Source: Octopus vulgaris (Eukaryota). Taken from it: a stretch of 64,000 bases of DNA. The stretch covers positions 5,642,001 to 5,706,000 of the forward strand of contig OX597817.1 of NCBI GenBank assembly GCA_951406725.2, written 5' to 3'. The notes under the pieces were generated by a model. It ran no database searches. It was not told where the DNA came from and saw only the letters and a list, made by a program, of their open reading frames with translations. Below, piece after piece: positions 40,832 through 52,849 of the stretch (within the stretch, counting starts at the first letter, position 1; every line of letters begins with the position of its first letter). Made by a program: the position numbers and the translations under genes.

Positions 40832-40992
40832 GCCGTCCAACATGGCACAGCCTTCCTGCCGAACAGGTTTATGGTGAGTGAGTACTATCGTTGCCATTAT
40901 TTCAAAATTACCCGTTTTTCTTACGTCAACTCATCATGCAGACCATCATGCGCACTCACATACCCACACACGCACATAATACCTGAACACGG

Positions 40993-41032
<40 letters not shown>

Positions 41033-41391
41033 GCACGCGTAAATAAACGCGACATACACAAAGATAACTTTCGTCCACATACATACACTATATACAAACA
41101 CACTATTTTGTCACAGACACACACACACATACATCTTTAAAATGTGCACATCAACTGCTACACACAACACACACACACACACTTTACACACGCGCACACA
41201 CACGCACACGAGCGTCAAACTCACTCGCTCCCCAGACACACACTCACCCACACCATTCTCACATACACACACACTTGCGCACCTTAGTTTGTTGGGATCA
41301 CCACCATATCAACAAAATTATTATCTATCTTTCATACAACATTTCTTTATTGTTATCTCCTTTCCGTTCAACCTCTCGTTTTTATCAACCA

Positions 41392-41575
41392 TCGCCATGT
41401 TGGACCGCTGAATTCTACATGCTGTTTTCATTCTCTCTCTATTTCCTCTTTTCCTTTTGTCGAAGAGCGTAGGTTCGAAACGTAAAAGACTTTTCCATTT
41501 TTCCCGAGCGTCAATCTAATACACTTGTTTGTTCTTGCACCTGTCTTCGTCTTTTGTTTTTTTAATAAATTTCTA

Positions 41576-41580
<5 letters not shown>
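41392..41580 (+). mobile_element. Family H copy with degenerate hammerhead-like motif
   Basis: Starts cgccatgttg like 7152; tTGTCGA-A-GAGC gtag GTTC-GAAA-CGTA-aaag at ~41454-41488; ends in (TA)n. Confidence 0.7.
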
Positions 41581-41617
<37 letters not shown>

Positions 41618-41904
41618 GTCATCTGTTTACATTTGTGAGAAAGTGATTACTCTGTTGAGCTTAGAGCCATATATTTTTGTTTCAATTGGAAAGTATATTA
41701 ATTGGCTTCTGCTTCAAGATATGTCACGTCATTCATAGTCAATGTATACTGGTGAATACTTTTTCAAAACTCTCTTTAACTCGCGCTTACAAATATAATT
41801 CAAAACTACTGAGTGTTGTTTTTCCCCTCCAGGTTCTTTTTACTGGAATGTCTGATTGAAACAAATTGCAATGTTATCTTAGGAAAATCGATAGTAATAA
41901 CAAT

Positions 41905-42765
41905 TTTTTCTACTTCAGGCACAAAACGTGAGTTTTGGAATGAGGCGGCTAGTGGATTACATCGACCCTAGTGCTCTACTAAGTACTTGTTTTATCAAAC
42001 CTGAAAGGATAAAAGGCAAATTCGACCTCAGCGGTATTTGAACTCACAATCATAAAGCTGGAAGGTCGCCGCCATAATAATAATAATAATAATCATAATA
42101 ATAATAATAATCATAATAATAATAATAATAACGATCGTTTCTACTTTAGGCACACAACCCGGAATTTTGGGGGAGGGGGTCAGTCGATTAAATCAACCCC
42201 AGTATGCAACTGGTACTTAATTTATCGACCCCGAAAGGATGAAAGGCAAAGTCGACCTCGGCGGAATTTGAACTCAGAACGTTAAGACAGACGAAATACC
42301 GCTAAGCATTACGCCCGGCGTGCAAACGATATTGCCAGTTCGCCGCAATAATAATAATAATAAGAAGAAGAAGAATATTCCTTCCTAATATAGGCACATG
42401 GCTTAAAATTGGGGAAAGGGGACTAGTCCATTACATCGACCCCAGTGTTTCATTTATCTATCCTAGCGGCATTTCCCCGGCGTGCTAACTCTTCTGCTAG
42501 CGCACCGACTTAATAATAATTATAAATATAAATATAATAATCGTTTTTACTATAGGCACAAGGTCTGGAATTTGGAGTAAGGGGCTAGTCGATTACATGG
42601 GGTCCCTGTGTTCAACCGGTACTTATTTCATCGACTTCGTTAGGATGAAAGACAAATCGACCTCGGCTGCATTTGAACTCAGAATGTAAAGACGGACGAA
42701 ATGGCGCTCAGCAGTTTGCCCAGCATATCTTGACGGTTCTGCCAGCTCACTGCCATAATAAGAAC

Positions 42766-42796
<31 letters not shown>

Positions 42797-43040
42797 GCAA
42801 CAACTGTGATAAAACAAAAATCATTGTCTTACATAATGATAATTTGTTTCAAATTTCAACATACTGCAAGCAATTTTATATGGGATAAGCGATCACATTG
42901 CCCCCAATGCTCAACTGATACTTTTTTTTTATATCTAACCCGAAATGATGAAAGGCTAAGTTGTCCTCGGCGGGATTTGAACTCCTGACATAAATCGATG
43001 GAGGAAATACAGCTAAGCATCTTGTCCGGCGTGCTAACAA
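41905..43040 (-). mobile_element. Head-to-tail array of about five SINE A2 copies separated by (AAT)n
   Basis: Units start near 41905, 42137, 42380, 42545 and 42880; (AAT)n at ~42073, 42347, 42511 and 42755. Confidence 0.8.
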
Positions 43041-43857
43041 CCGGTTTATTCCAAATGAGCGCATAGTATATAACACAGACATTTTGAGATGATTCACTCT
43101 CTCTCACTCACCCCATTCGTGTGTGTATGTATCTATGTATCTTTCATACATCCCCGACAATCCGTATTGTAGGTGTTTGTTTATTAAGTCCTAGAAGTTA
43201 CACCATATTTGCATTCACAGATATCACTGAAGAGTATGATAGCATATTCAATTCGATCTCTTTATATTTGTATAATTGATGTTAATATTCTATGCTATTC
43301 TCAGCGTTTATCATTTTGCTGCATTTCGTTTCTATCATTTGATTCTTTGGAAACATACTATAAAGGATGGGAAAAAGAGATACTCAAAAGCATTCTACGT
43401 AATAATAATTACTTTCATGAATAGAGACAATGATTTGTGCGAGGAACCATAGGTTCCAAGCCTTATATTTTATATAGAAGATTGTGTTTAATATTCAGAA
43501 TCAGCGTGCGTGCATGAAAAAAAAATACGTAACGTCTCTTTCTATCTCTATGTATCTGTGTGTGTGTGTGTGTGTGTGTGTATTCACACACACACATTCC
43601 TAAACACACACACATTGAGACACACAATACATGAAATTGAATTACATGAAAAAAAGGAAAGTACTCCATACAGTAAAATACAATGACCAACGTGCACACA
43701 CGCACACACAGACACACACACATTATATATGTGTGTGTAAATTTTCTATTCAGTAATTTGCGGTAATCTGACTTGTTTGGAAATATATATCACATAAGTC
43801 ACATAAGAAATTTCAGGCTATCAGTAGATTTAACGTTTGGTTTGAATTACATAAGAT

Positions 43858-44330
43858 CTGGTCATCAAATCTAAGTTGAGACTTCAAACTTGAAATCTTC
43901 AAAGCCACAGTCGAACCAATTCTACTATATGGCTGAGAAACCTGGACGTTATGAACGAAGCTTAAGAGGCGGTTGGATGGAATCTACACTCGCCTCCTTA
44001 TGAGAGCTCAAAATCTCTCGTGGAAGCGTCATCCAACCAAAATGCAAATATATGGGAAACTACCACCTGTATCATCTCTTGTGAAAGGTAGGAGAGTCCG
44101 GTTTGCTGGACATTGTTGTAGAGCTGAAAAAGAGGTAATTTCTACTCTTCTCCTCTGGAAGCCATCTACTTGCAATACCAGAGGGCGCACACTCTCCTAC
44201 CCTGATGTAATCTCCAGGGATACAGGCATCCATCAACAGGACCTCCGTAATGCTATGATGGACCGTGAAGTCTGGCGTAGCATGGTAAATTCCATTGTGT
44301 CGACCACGGTCGAACAATGATGATGATGAT
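43858..44330 (+). pseudogene. 5'-truncated RTE/RTEX-like LINE 3' end
   Basis: KLEIFKATVEPILLYG*ETWTL..RLDGIYTRLLMRAQN..RRVRFAGHC..MMDREVWR, followed by a (TGA)n tail. Confidence 0.85.
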
Positions 44331-44479
44331 TAAATTACGTTGTATTTCTTGTTCTACGTTTGTGCGAATATTGCTCCTTTTAAGGGTTAGAAACATCATT
44401 TTTAAAATTCACATTTCCTATTACATTGTGTGCGTATGTATGTGTGCATAATTTGTTTTTATTTTTATTTTATTTCCTT

Positions 44480-44700
44480 ATATTTTACTTGTTTCGGTCA
44501 TTAGACTGCGGCTATGTGGGGGGGGGGCATGCTGGAGCACCGCTTTGAAAAATTTTTAGTCGAATGATTTACCTCACAGGACTTCTTATGAAGCTTGGCA
44601 CTTATTCGATTTGTATATTTTTGCCGAGCCGCTAAGATATGGGGACATAAGATACCAACACCGGTTGTCAAATTGTAGTGGGACACACACACACACAAAT
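44480..44700 (-). mobile_element. SINE family C 3' part
   Basis: gactgcggc-atg...ctggagcaccgc...gccgctaag...ccggttgtcaa. Confidence 0.7.
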
Positions 44701-45086
44701 CCCCACATCTACCGCTCCTTCCTACCCCCTCAACCACACGGCCGAAATCTTGTCCACCACGCGGTCGATTTCCTGTTCGCCATGCTGTATTTCCCATCTA
44801 ACTGCTGTCGCTGAATTTACCGACATCAATACCGCGTGATCTTTCTCGACCAATCGCAGAGTAACGTCCCGCAATAGACATAGACTCTTTTCAATAGAAT
44901 CTTCATTCAGACTCCAATGGCCGAAAACTAACCAACCACGTGCTTCAAAATGTTAGAGTACCAAGGATTTTGAATCAAACTGTTTTGATCTATACATGTA
45001 ACTCCAGATAAATGTGCTTAGTGCCCTTCTTTCGATTGTATATTCACTCGTGTGTGTGTGTATATATATATATATGTATGTGTGTG

Positions 45087-45125
<39 letters not shown>

Positions 45126-45179
45126 TTGTATGTATGTATGTGTGTGTGTTTGTATGTATGTATGTGTGTGTGTGTGTGA

Positions 45180-45412
45180 CCTGTTTTTCAGTTCCTGTCT
45201 ACCAAATCCACTTAGAAAGCTTTAGTCAACCCAAGGCTAGAATACACTTGCCCAGAATGCCACGCAATGGGAGTGAAACTGAAAGCATTTGGTTGGGAAG
45301 CACGCACTCTTCTGCCTTCAAAAACCAGTTCCTTCAGCCGTATAACCAAACACATGTTTTTTCTCGGATGTGGTTGGTTAGCAAGCTACTTACCACATAG
45401 CCACTCCTGCGC
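45180..45412 (-). mobile_element. SINE family C 5' part(s)
   Basis: tgtggttggttagcaagctacttaccacatagccactcctgcgcc is the reverse complement of the family C head. Confidence 0.7.
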
Positions 45413-45674
45413 CGTTGAAGCACTGTTACATATTTAATAGATGGGGGTGTTGAAACAATGTTATATCACTATGAATATCAAATAAATGTATACATGTATT
45501 TATATATTATACACACACATTACAGAGGGATAAGAATTGGACTATTACAGGAATAAAATTTCTCTTGAAAGTGTATGTAGCTGATAGGTTTAGATGTCTT
45601 TTCAGATAATGACTAAATGGCAACAGTTGATATCCTTGCTTCGGGGATCTGATGTTTAAAGCTGTTTAAACTGG

Positions 45675-45728
<54 letters not shown>

Positions 45729-45730
<2 letters not shown>

Positions 45731-45995
45731 TAAAAACGGTAAGATAACAAAAGAAAGAAAGAGACCTCAATATTATGTAAATAGAGGAAATTATCTGTAA
45801 AATAATATGCGACAATTATTCAATACCCAAGATAAAACTCTGAGTTTCGGATGCCGAGGTGGAAATCCACAACACCATCTCTTAGCGTTTTTCAGATGGC
45901 CAGATAACCGAAAAGATGGTGTTGTCGATTTCCACCTCGGCATCCGAAACTCAGTTTTATCTTGACTATTGAATAATTGTCACATAATATTTTAC

Positions 45996-46000
<5 letters not shown>
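45729..46000. repeat. (TA)n-flanked palindromic element, arms 45792-45880 / 45914-46000
   Basis: About 88-bp arms with few mismatches; (TA)n on both sides. Confidence 0.85.
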
Positions 46001-46046
<46 letters not shown>

Positions 46047-46139
46047 AACACACTTCTAATATAAGGATAACATTTTTCAAAATGAATTGTATCATTGGCT
46101 AGCATGTTAAGGTACCTTTCAAGGTGAAAATATAAAGAA

Positions 46140-47732
46140 CTAGCATTATGACCCGTCGTTGCCGGGTCATAGTGCTAGTGCATGTATATATGTGTACATA
46201 TTACATGTACATCTATATGTATATACATCTACACATAAAATAGAAAGTTACATCTTGATATCGCTAGTGATAACAATACTCAAAATATATAACAGTGGAA
46301 TTGTAGGCTCGTCTCTTGCAATTTCGATCAATTGTATCTTGTCCTCCCTCTTTATAGAAGTGTGGCTACAATCCAGCCTACCTCTACTTCTGGGGGGACA
46401 TTTTAAATTTTTTATCCGGGACGTCCTACGTCCCAGATATAATGGTAAGAATAAAATATTTCCACTTTGCAAGGTTCGAGTCGAGTACTCCCTTGCACGC
46501 TCCGTTGACTCGAACCTTGCTTCTATTGTGACGAATTTACCACCTCTGGTTAGATATCTTTCATAGTCGCACCAAGACACTTTTCGATGGTGCTTTCCTC
46601 CAGGTGTTCAAATCTTTTTTTCTTCTCTATATTGTATACTTTATAGACAATAGTCTTTTCTTTAATTTAATTTTTTATTTCGTTTGGTGGTGTTATCCTC
46701 GATTCATCGTTTTTGTCGGTGATCAATCCGTATTTCTTCCATTTTAATTTCAATGAGTTCGCACCCGCCGACGGCTACAGCGAAATTCATTTTTGAACTT
46801 TCTTCTATCGAAGGCATTCTAACAAAAATGCTTCCGTGTAAACGGTGAAAATATTGTCAATTTCCCCAAACAGAGACACAATTCAATTTTTAAACAATAA
46901 CCAAAGCTCCTTCTACCAAAGGGGGAGGGTTACAGTTTACAATTATTTAACAAATGCAACACAACAGTGTTCCCTTTACGAGTAACCAACAAACGTGATA
47001 ACAATAGTTAAACAGTAATAATAATAACAACGAACCTTACGGTAAACCAAAAAGCAGTAAGCAGTTGAAGCTTTAGTCATTTATGTATAAGAAATAAACC
47101 AACAGCAGTACTCTGTAGGAGCGGCTGTTCGAGAAAACAGATATTACATACAGCCAAACTTCATATAGATACTTAATGCTAGCTAATTAGCAGATAATCT
47201 AATGTAAAAGCACAGCTCCATCTGGACTATTCCATTTCTGCACGCTAATTTTATGTTAATTTATTCCCATTCGTGTGAAACCACTTATTCAAGTTCAAGT
47301 CATTGATGCAATTTTATACCAATTGCTATTTTTACTTTTGTTATGTTACGATAATATTATACTTTAGTTTGATTTTAATTATTACTTACTACATATAATT
47401 CAATTGTTATTATTATTTTTATTGTTAAAGTGGAAGCATCTGACATAAAATAGAGAAACGTTTTTGTTTCACTTTTAACATGTAATACTGAAATAGTGGA
47501 GAAGATATGGTATTGCTATGGGCTCGCTCTAGGCAAGAAGTTGAACTTTTTTTTTGCCCATGAAACTACATGGATCCAAAGTAAGGCATGTGTAAAATTT
47601 GAATGAAATTGGTTGTGTAGTTCTCAAGTTTTAGGGAATCGTAGTGGAGAAGATATGATATTGCTCAAGTTTTAGGGAAACACACAGACAGACAGATATA
47701 CACACATTCTCAGTTTTATATATATGTAGAGA
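46140..47732 (-). mobile_element. Non-autonomous Helitron (~1.6 kb)
   Basis: Minus strand 5' a|TCTCTACATATATATAAAACTGAG..(TCTG)n; 3' hairpin cccg..cggg then CTAG|t, i.e. A|T insertion. Confidence 0.7.
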
Positions 47733-47884
47733 TTATAAATAAGGGCAAAAGAAAAGATTTTTACGCCGGCATACTGAAAAATAGACCTTAGAACGTCTAA
47801 TATTATATGTAATTAGACATTCGGAGGTCTATTTTTCAGCATATTGGCATAGAAAAATGTTTTTCTTTTACTCTTATTTATAAT
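47732..47884. repeat. Imperfect ~150-bp fold-back
   Basis: attataaataagggcaaaag...ctgaaaaatagacct..gtctaat pairs with attagac..aggtctatttttcag...cttatttataat. Confidence 0.8.
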
Positions 47885-48424
47885 ATGTGTGTATGTGTAT
47901 GTGAGAGTAGGAGAGATAGACAGATAGATAGATAGATAGAAAGAGGAAGAGAGAGAGAGAAATACGCATTTATTTACAATTCCTTTGGAAATATATGCAT
48001 GTCAAATATAGACGCACAAGAGACACACAGACTTATAAAGAAGCTCTGAAGATAAATGTTATAAACTAGAGAAAATGTATAAATGTAATTACGTATACAT
48101 AACCTAAATATCAATGTATTTTTGGTATACACAAACCGTGAGTTGTGTGAGAATAAGATTTAGATCAAATCTTGCTCTTGGTATTTTGGTAAATTGGAAG
48201 AAAATTATGTCTTAGGGGCTATGGGAAGAATTTTCATTTGGAATTTCCTCTCTAAGCTTCTGTATGAAACACCAAGTTATTCTACCCATCAATGCCACTG
48301 TTATTGTTGTAGTAGTTCTTTTTTTTCTTCATTTATTTCTCTCTGTGAAAGCATTACTGCCATCGGTGTTGTTATTTAAAACGTGCAAACGTTTTACTGG
48401 TCTTCAGAAACTCTTTTATTTATG

Positions 48425-49165
48425 AGGCGGCGAGCTGGCAGAAACGTTAGCACGCCAGGCGAAATACTTAGCGGTATTTCGTCTGCCGCTACGTTCTGAG
48501 TTCAAATTCCGCCGAGGTCGACTTTGCCTTTCATCCTTTCGGGGTCGATAAATTAAGTACCAGTTACGCACTAGGGTCGATATAATCGACTTAATCCGTT
48601 TGTCTGTTCTTGTTTGTCCTCTCTGCGTTTAACCCCTTGTGGGTAGTAAAGAAATGGGTATTTCGTCTGCCGCCACGTTCTGAGTTCAAATTCCGCCGAG
48701 GTCGACTTTGCCTTTCATCCTTTCGGGGTCGATAAATTAAGTACCAGTTACGAACTGGGGTCGATATAATCGACTTAATCCGTTTGTCTGTTCTTGTTTG
48801 TCCTCTCTGTGTTTAGCCCCTTGTGGGTAGTAAAGAAATAGGTATTTCGTCTGCCGCTACGTTCTGAGTTCAAATTCCGCCGAGGTCGACTTTGCCTTTC
48901 ATCCTTTCGGGGTCGATAAATTAAGTACCAGTTACGCACTAGGGTCGATATAATCGACTTAATCCGTTTGTCTGTTCTTGTTTGTCCTCTCTGCGTTTAG
49001 CCCCTTGTGGGTAGTAAAGAAATGGGTATTTTGTCTGCCGCCACGTTCTGAGTTCAAATTCCGCCGAGGTCGACTTTGCCTTTCATCCTTTCGGGGTCGA
49101 TTAAATAAGTACCAGTTACCCACTGGGGTCTATATAATCGACTTAATCCGTTTGTCTGTCCTTGT
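48425..49165 (+). repeat. SINE family A with four tandem 184-bp body units
   Basis: GGTATTT unit starts at 48473, 48657, 48841 and 49025. Confidence 0.92.
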
Positions 49166-49190
49166 TCAGGCATCAGGGCATTTATTATTA

Positions 49191-49228
<38 letters not shown>

Positions 49229-50217
49229 GTTGTTGTTGTTGTTACTGTTGTTATTTCCCTGTTGTAAATCAATGAGGTGGCGCCCAGGAATCCTCTATAC
49301 ACTATATTTATATGCTTGTTTATGAACTTATATACATACAAAACTAGATATACACTCTTTTGTCTTTGCATATCATACCTGTAAATACTCCTACACATTA
49401 GGCTTACGTATACACACACACTAACCCAGTTTTCGCACGTATGCATAATCGACACGTTCGTACGCATACACGTGTCTGCTACTTCGGTTCTTGCCTAAGA
49501 CAGACATATGTTGATCCGATCATGCTTGTGTTTGCATACAAGTGTTTGTATGTATGTATGTGTGTATGTGTGTGGATATATATAAGTTTGTATATGTTTG
49601 TGAAACTGTTTGCCTATCTTTACACGCACGAACACGCACGTACGTATGTCTACGCTTATAGAAATGTACAGGCATGAGCATATTCGTACGTACGTATGTA
49701 TGCATATGTGTGCGCGCACAAACATACATACACATAAGAAGAGAGAAAAGTGTTGTGTATTTTGAGGTTATCATAGTGCGCGCGCATGTGTTTGTGTTAA
49801 TGTGCGTGCTTCTACGTTAGTTATTTTCCCTTTTTCAGCTATTAGCGAGTATGCCGAGTTGCTGTTTGTTGTGGTTTGTTGTCGACTTCCGGATGTTATT
49901 TATAATTTCAAGAAAACCTGTGAGGGATTTGTGTTGGATGAGCTCTTAGAATGACGGGCCCTTGGCACCATATGTTTATTTAGTTTACTAATTGAAAAAT
50001 CTGTCAAAATCCCATAGTTAGGAAGATGGGAGAGGTTTACGAGAGTGGAGAGACGTTTCAGACAAAATAAATGGAATCTATTAAGGGGTCACTCAAACCT
50101 CACATGGCACGGCGTTATGTACTGTGTAACTGTAAACTTTTCAGAATCGTCAACACCTTAGTCGCAATGCTTATTTCTTATTCGGACAAGAATGAGAACA
50201 ACAGCAGCAGCAGCAGT

Positions 50218-50610
50218 GGAGGCGCAATGACCCAGTGGTTAGGGCAGTGGACTCGCGGTCGGAGGATCGCGGTTTCGATTCCCAGACCGGGCGTTGTGTG
50301 TGTTTATTGAGTGAAAACACCTAAAGCTCAACGAGGCTCCGGCAGGGAGTGGTGACGATCCCTGTTGTACTCTTTCGCTCCAACTTTCTCTCACTCTTTC
50401 TTCCTGTTTCTTGTCCCCGACTTCCTACGCAAGCGCTGAGCCTGGATGCGCATTCATCCATCCGTCGATGCTCTCGGTATCGCAGGTTGACCTGCTTTCT
50501 TTTCTGTGGGTCTTACGAATAGCAAAGGACCATGTTTCGGACTTTTCCCATCTTGCGAGCTCTGGCTGTTCGTTCAACATTAACAGCTCAACAACAACAG
50601 CAGCAACATC
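50218..50610 (+). mobile_element. SINE family B head with tail type 3 ending in (CAA/CAG)n
   Basis: Head nearly identical to 24283; diverges after ~50400. Confidence 0.78.
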
Positions 50611-51005
50611 TTTGACAGTAACAACTACTTAAATAAATAAATAAATAAGAAACTACACTATTTTTCTGCACTTTCTGTGTTGTTCAGCTCTCAAATCATC
50701 TCTGATTTTATAAGCTTATAATGAAAGAGGTTCTACATCTGCCATGACTATTCTATTTTGTTTATTTGGGCCTACAATGTTCGATGCCTTCTAAAGAGCA
50801 TAAAGTCTGATTTGGGCAGATTGTGGCCGCTAATTATGGCAGATCTGGTGACCATGTAGAGAATCTGTTGTCGGTTTGGTCGAAAGAAAAACGTAACCAA
50901 AAATTTTCCATTCTTTTTCTCTCTAAAGATTTAAAGTAATTCAACAAAGGCCCAATGTGTTACGAATTTATTTCAATTTCTCTATCTCTCAAATTGAATT
51001 TTCAG

Positions 51006-51283
<278 letters not shown>

Positions 51284-51286
51284 TGC

Positions 51287-51634
51287 TGAGACCCTCTTCG
51301 GTCATGACTGACCATGGGATTGCACCTAGAAAGTTACCCTCCCAAATACAAGTCCGGGCAAGGTTGTTTATGGAAGACCAGCAGTCGCCCATGCATACCG
51401 GCCTCCCCTCTCCACGCCACCAATGTTATCCAAGGGAAAGGGCAAAGGCCGATACAGCTTGGCACCAGTGATGTCGCAACTCATTTCTACAGCTGAGTGA
51501 ACTGGAGCAACGTGAAATAAAGTGTCCTGCTCAAGAACACAACACGCAGCCCGGTCCGAACACAAAACGCAGCGCGAACTCACAACCTCACGATCGTAAG
51601 CTCGACGCCCTAACCACTGAGCCATGCGCCTTCA
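51287..51634 (-). mobile_element. SINE family D, full length
   Basis: Minus-strand tRNA-like head GAAGGCGCATGGCTCAGTGGTTAGGGCG...GAGTTCG; second copy at 30843. Confidence 0.82.
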
Positions 51635-51643
51635 CACACACGC

Positions 51644-51681
<38 letters not shown>

Positions 51682-52553
51682 GAATGTGTGTGTGTGCGTG
51701 AATGAAAGTCCTGTAACTATTTTAAAAGATCTTAAAGCTCATGCTCATCATTAACTAACTATGCGCTAACGCCATCGCTTGTCTTGTAGAGCCGTTTTGC
51801 ATATGTTGCAGAGGTCTCAGATTCTCTAAAAAGGCTCAGGTGTTTTGCTCAAATTTTCTTGTACTTACCGATGAGACGTTAGTATCCTTATAAAGAGGCC
51901 TAAAAACACCTGTTTCTAAGGTTTTGAATTGCGTTTCGTGAAAGTAAGCAGAAACTAAATTTGCAGCTCAGAAACACAATAGGTAATCTCTGTATAGTCG
52001 TTCGAGAAGGTAGATGTAGTTGCTAAATCTCTCTCCAATCACATTTTGTCGTTCTTTATAAGAACTAATAGTTAGATATTCGATAACGTATTACTGTAAG
52101 ATAATCTACATTTCGGAAATATGATTGTTTGCGATGAGAACTCATATGATCTGCTGTCTGCTCGATCTCGTCAAAGCTGGAGAGAAAAGCAAGAAGAAAA
52201 TACCTTGTAGAAACTAAGCGAAAATTGAACATCGATGAGCTTACATGACTAATACTTTACACTTCGGTCATTTTTTTCATGCTCAAGGCCTGTGGACGTG
52301 TATTACCATTAAATTGATTTCTTGGTTATCGGTGCGATCAATCGTTTGTGGAGAGCAAAAAAGTACATATATATATTGGCTTACCTGACTATGTTACTAA
52401 TATTTCCCTTTTTCTGTGATAAATCCCCAGATGAAGAAAGCAAAACGTCAAAATATATTTAGAGCTCGTAACTTGGGATAGAGGGAAAACTGTAAACTCA
52501 ACTTAATTTGATTTTCTACTTACCTTCTCAGTCCGAACGCCAACTGTTAACTC

Positions 52554-52614
<61 letters not shown>

Positions 52615-52849
52615 CTTCTTTCTCTATATACACACACAAACTTAGTCATGGTGTAGTCCAATATTGGCCAAAAGATATCTAATTCATTAACACCCGCTGG
52701 AGAAGGTATTTAATCACATTATTACTTTAGAAATTGTAGCCCATTCGGATAGTTGTTTGCAGAGATATATCCAGGAGTTAGTGATTAATCTGGAATTTGT
52801 TGGAGAATATTATCGAGGAAACTGTTGAAGATTATGGAATTTTTTCTTC

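Noticed and set aside
48473-49165. Regular repeat array resembling CRISPR
   Set aside because: No unique spacers, 184-bp SINE-derived units, eukaryotic context and no cas genes.
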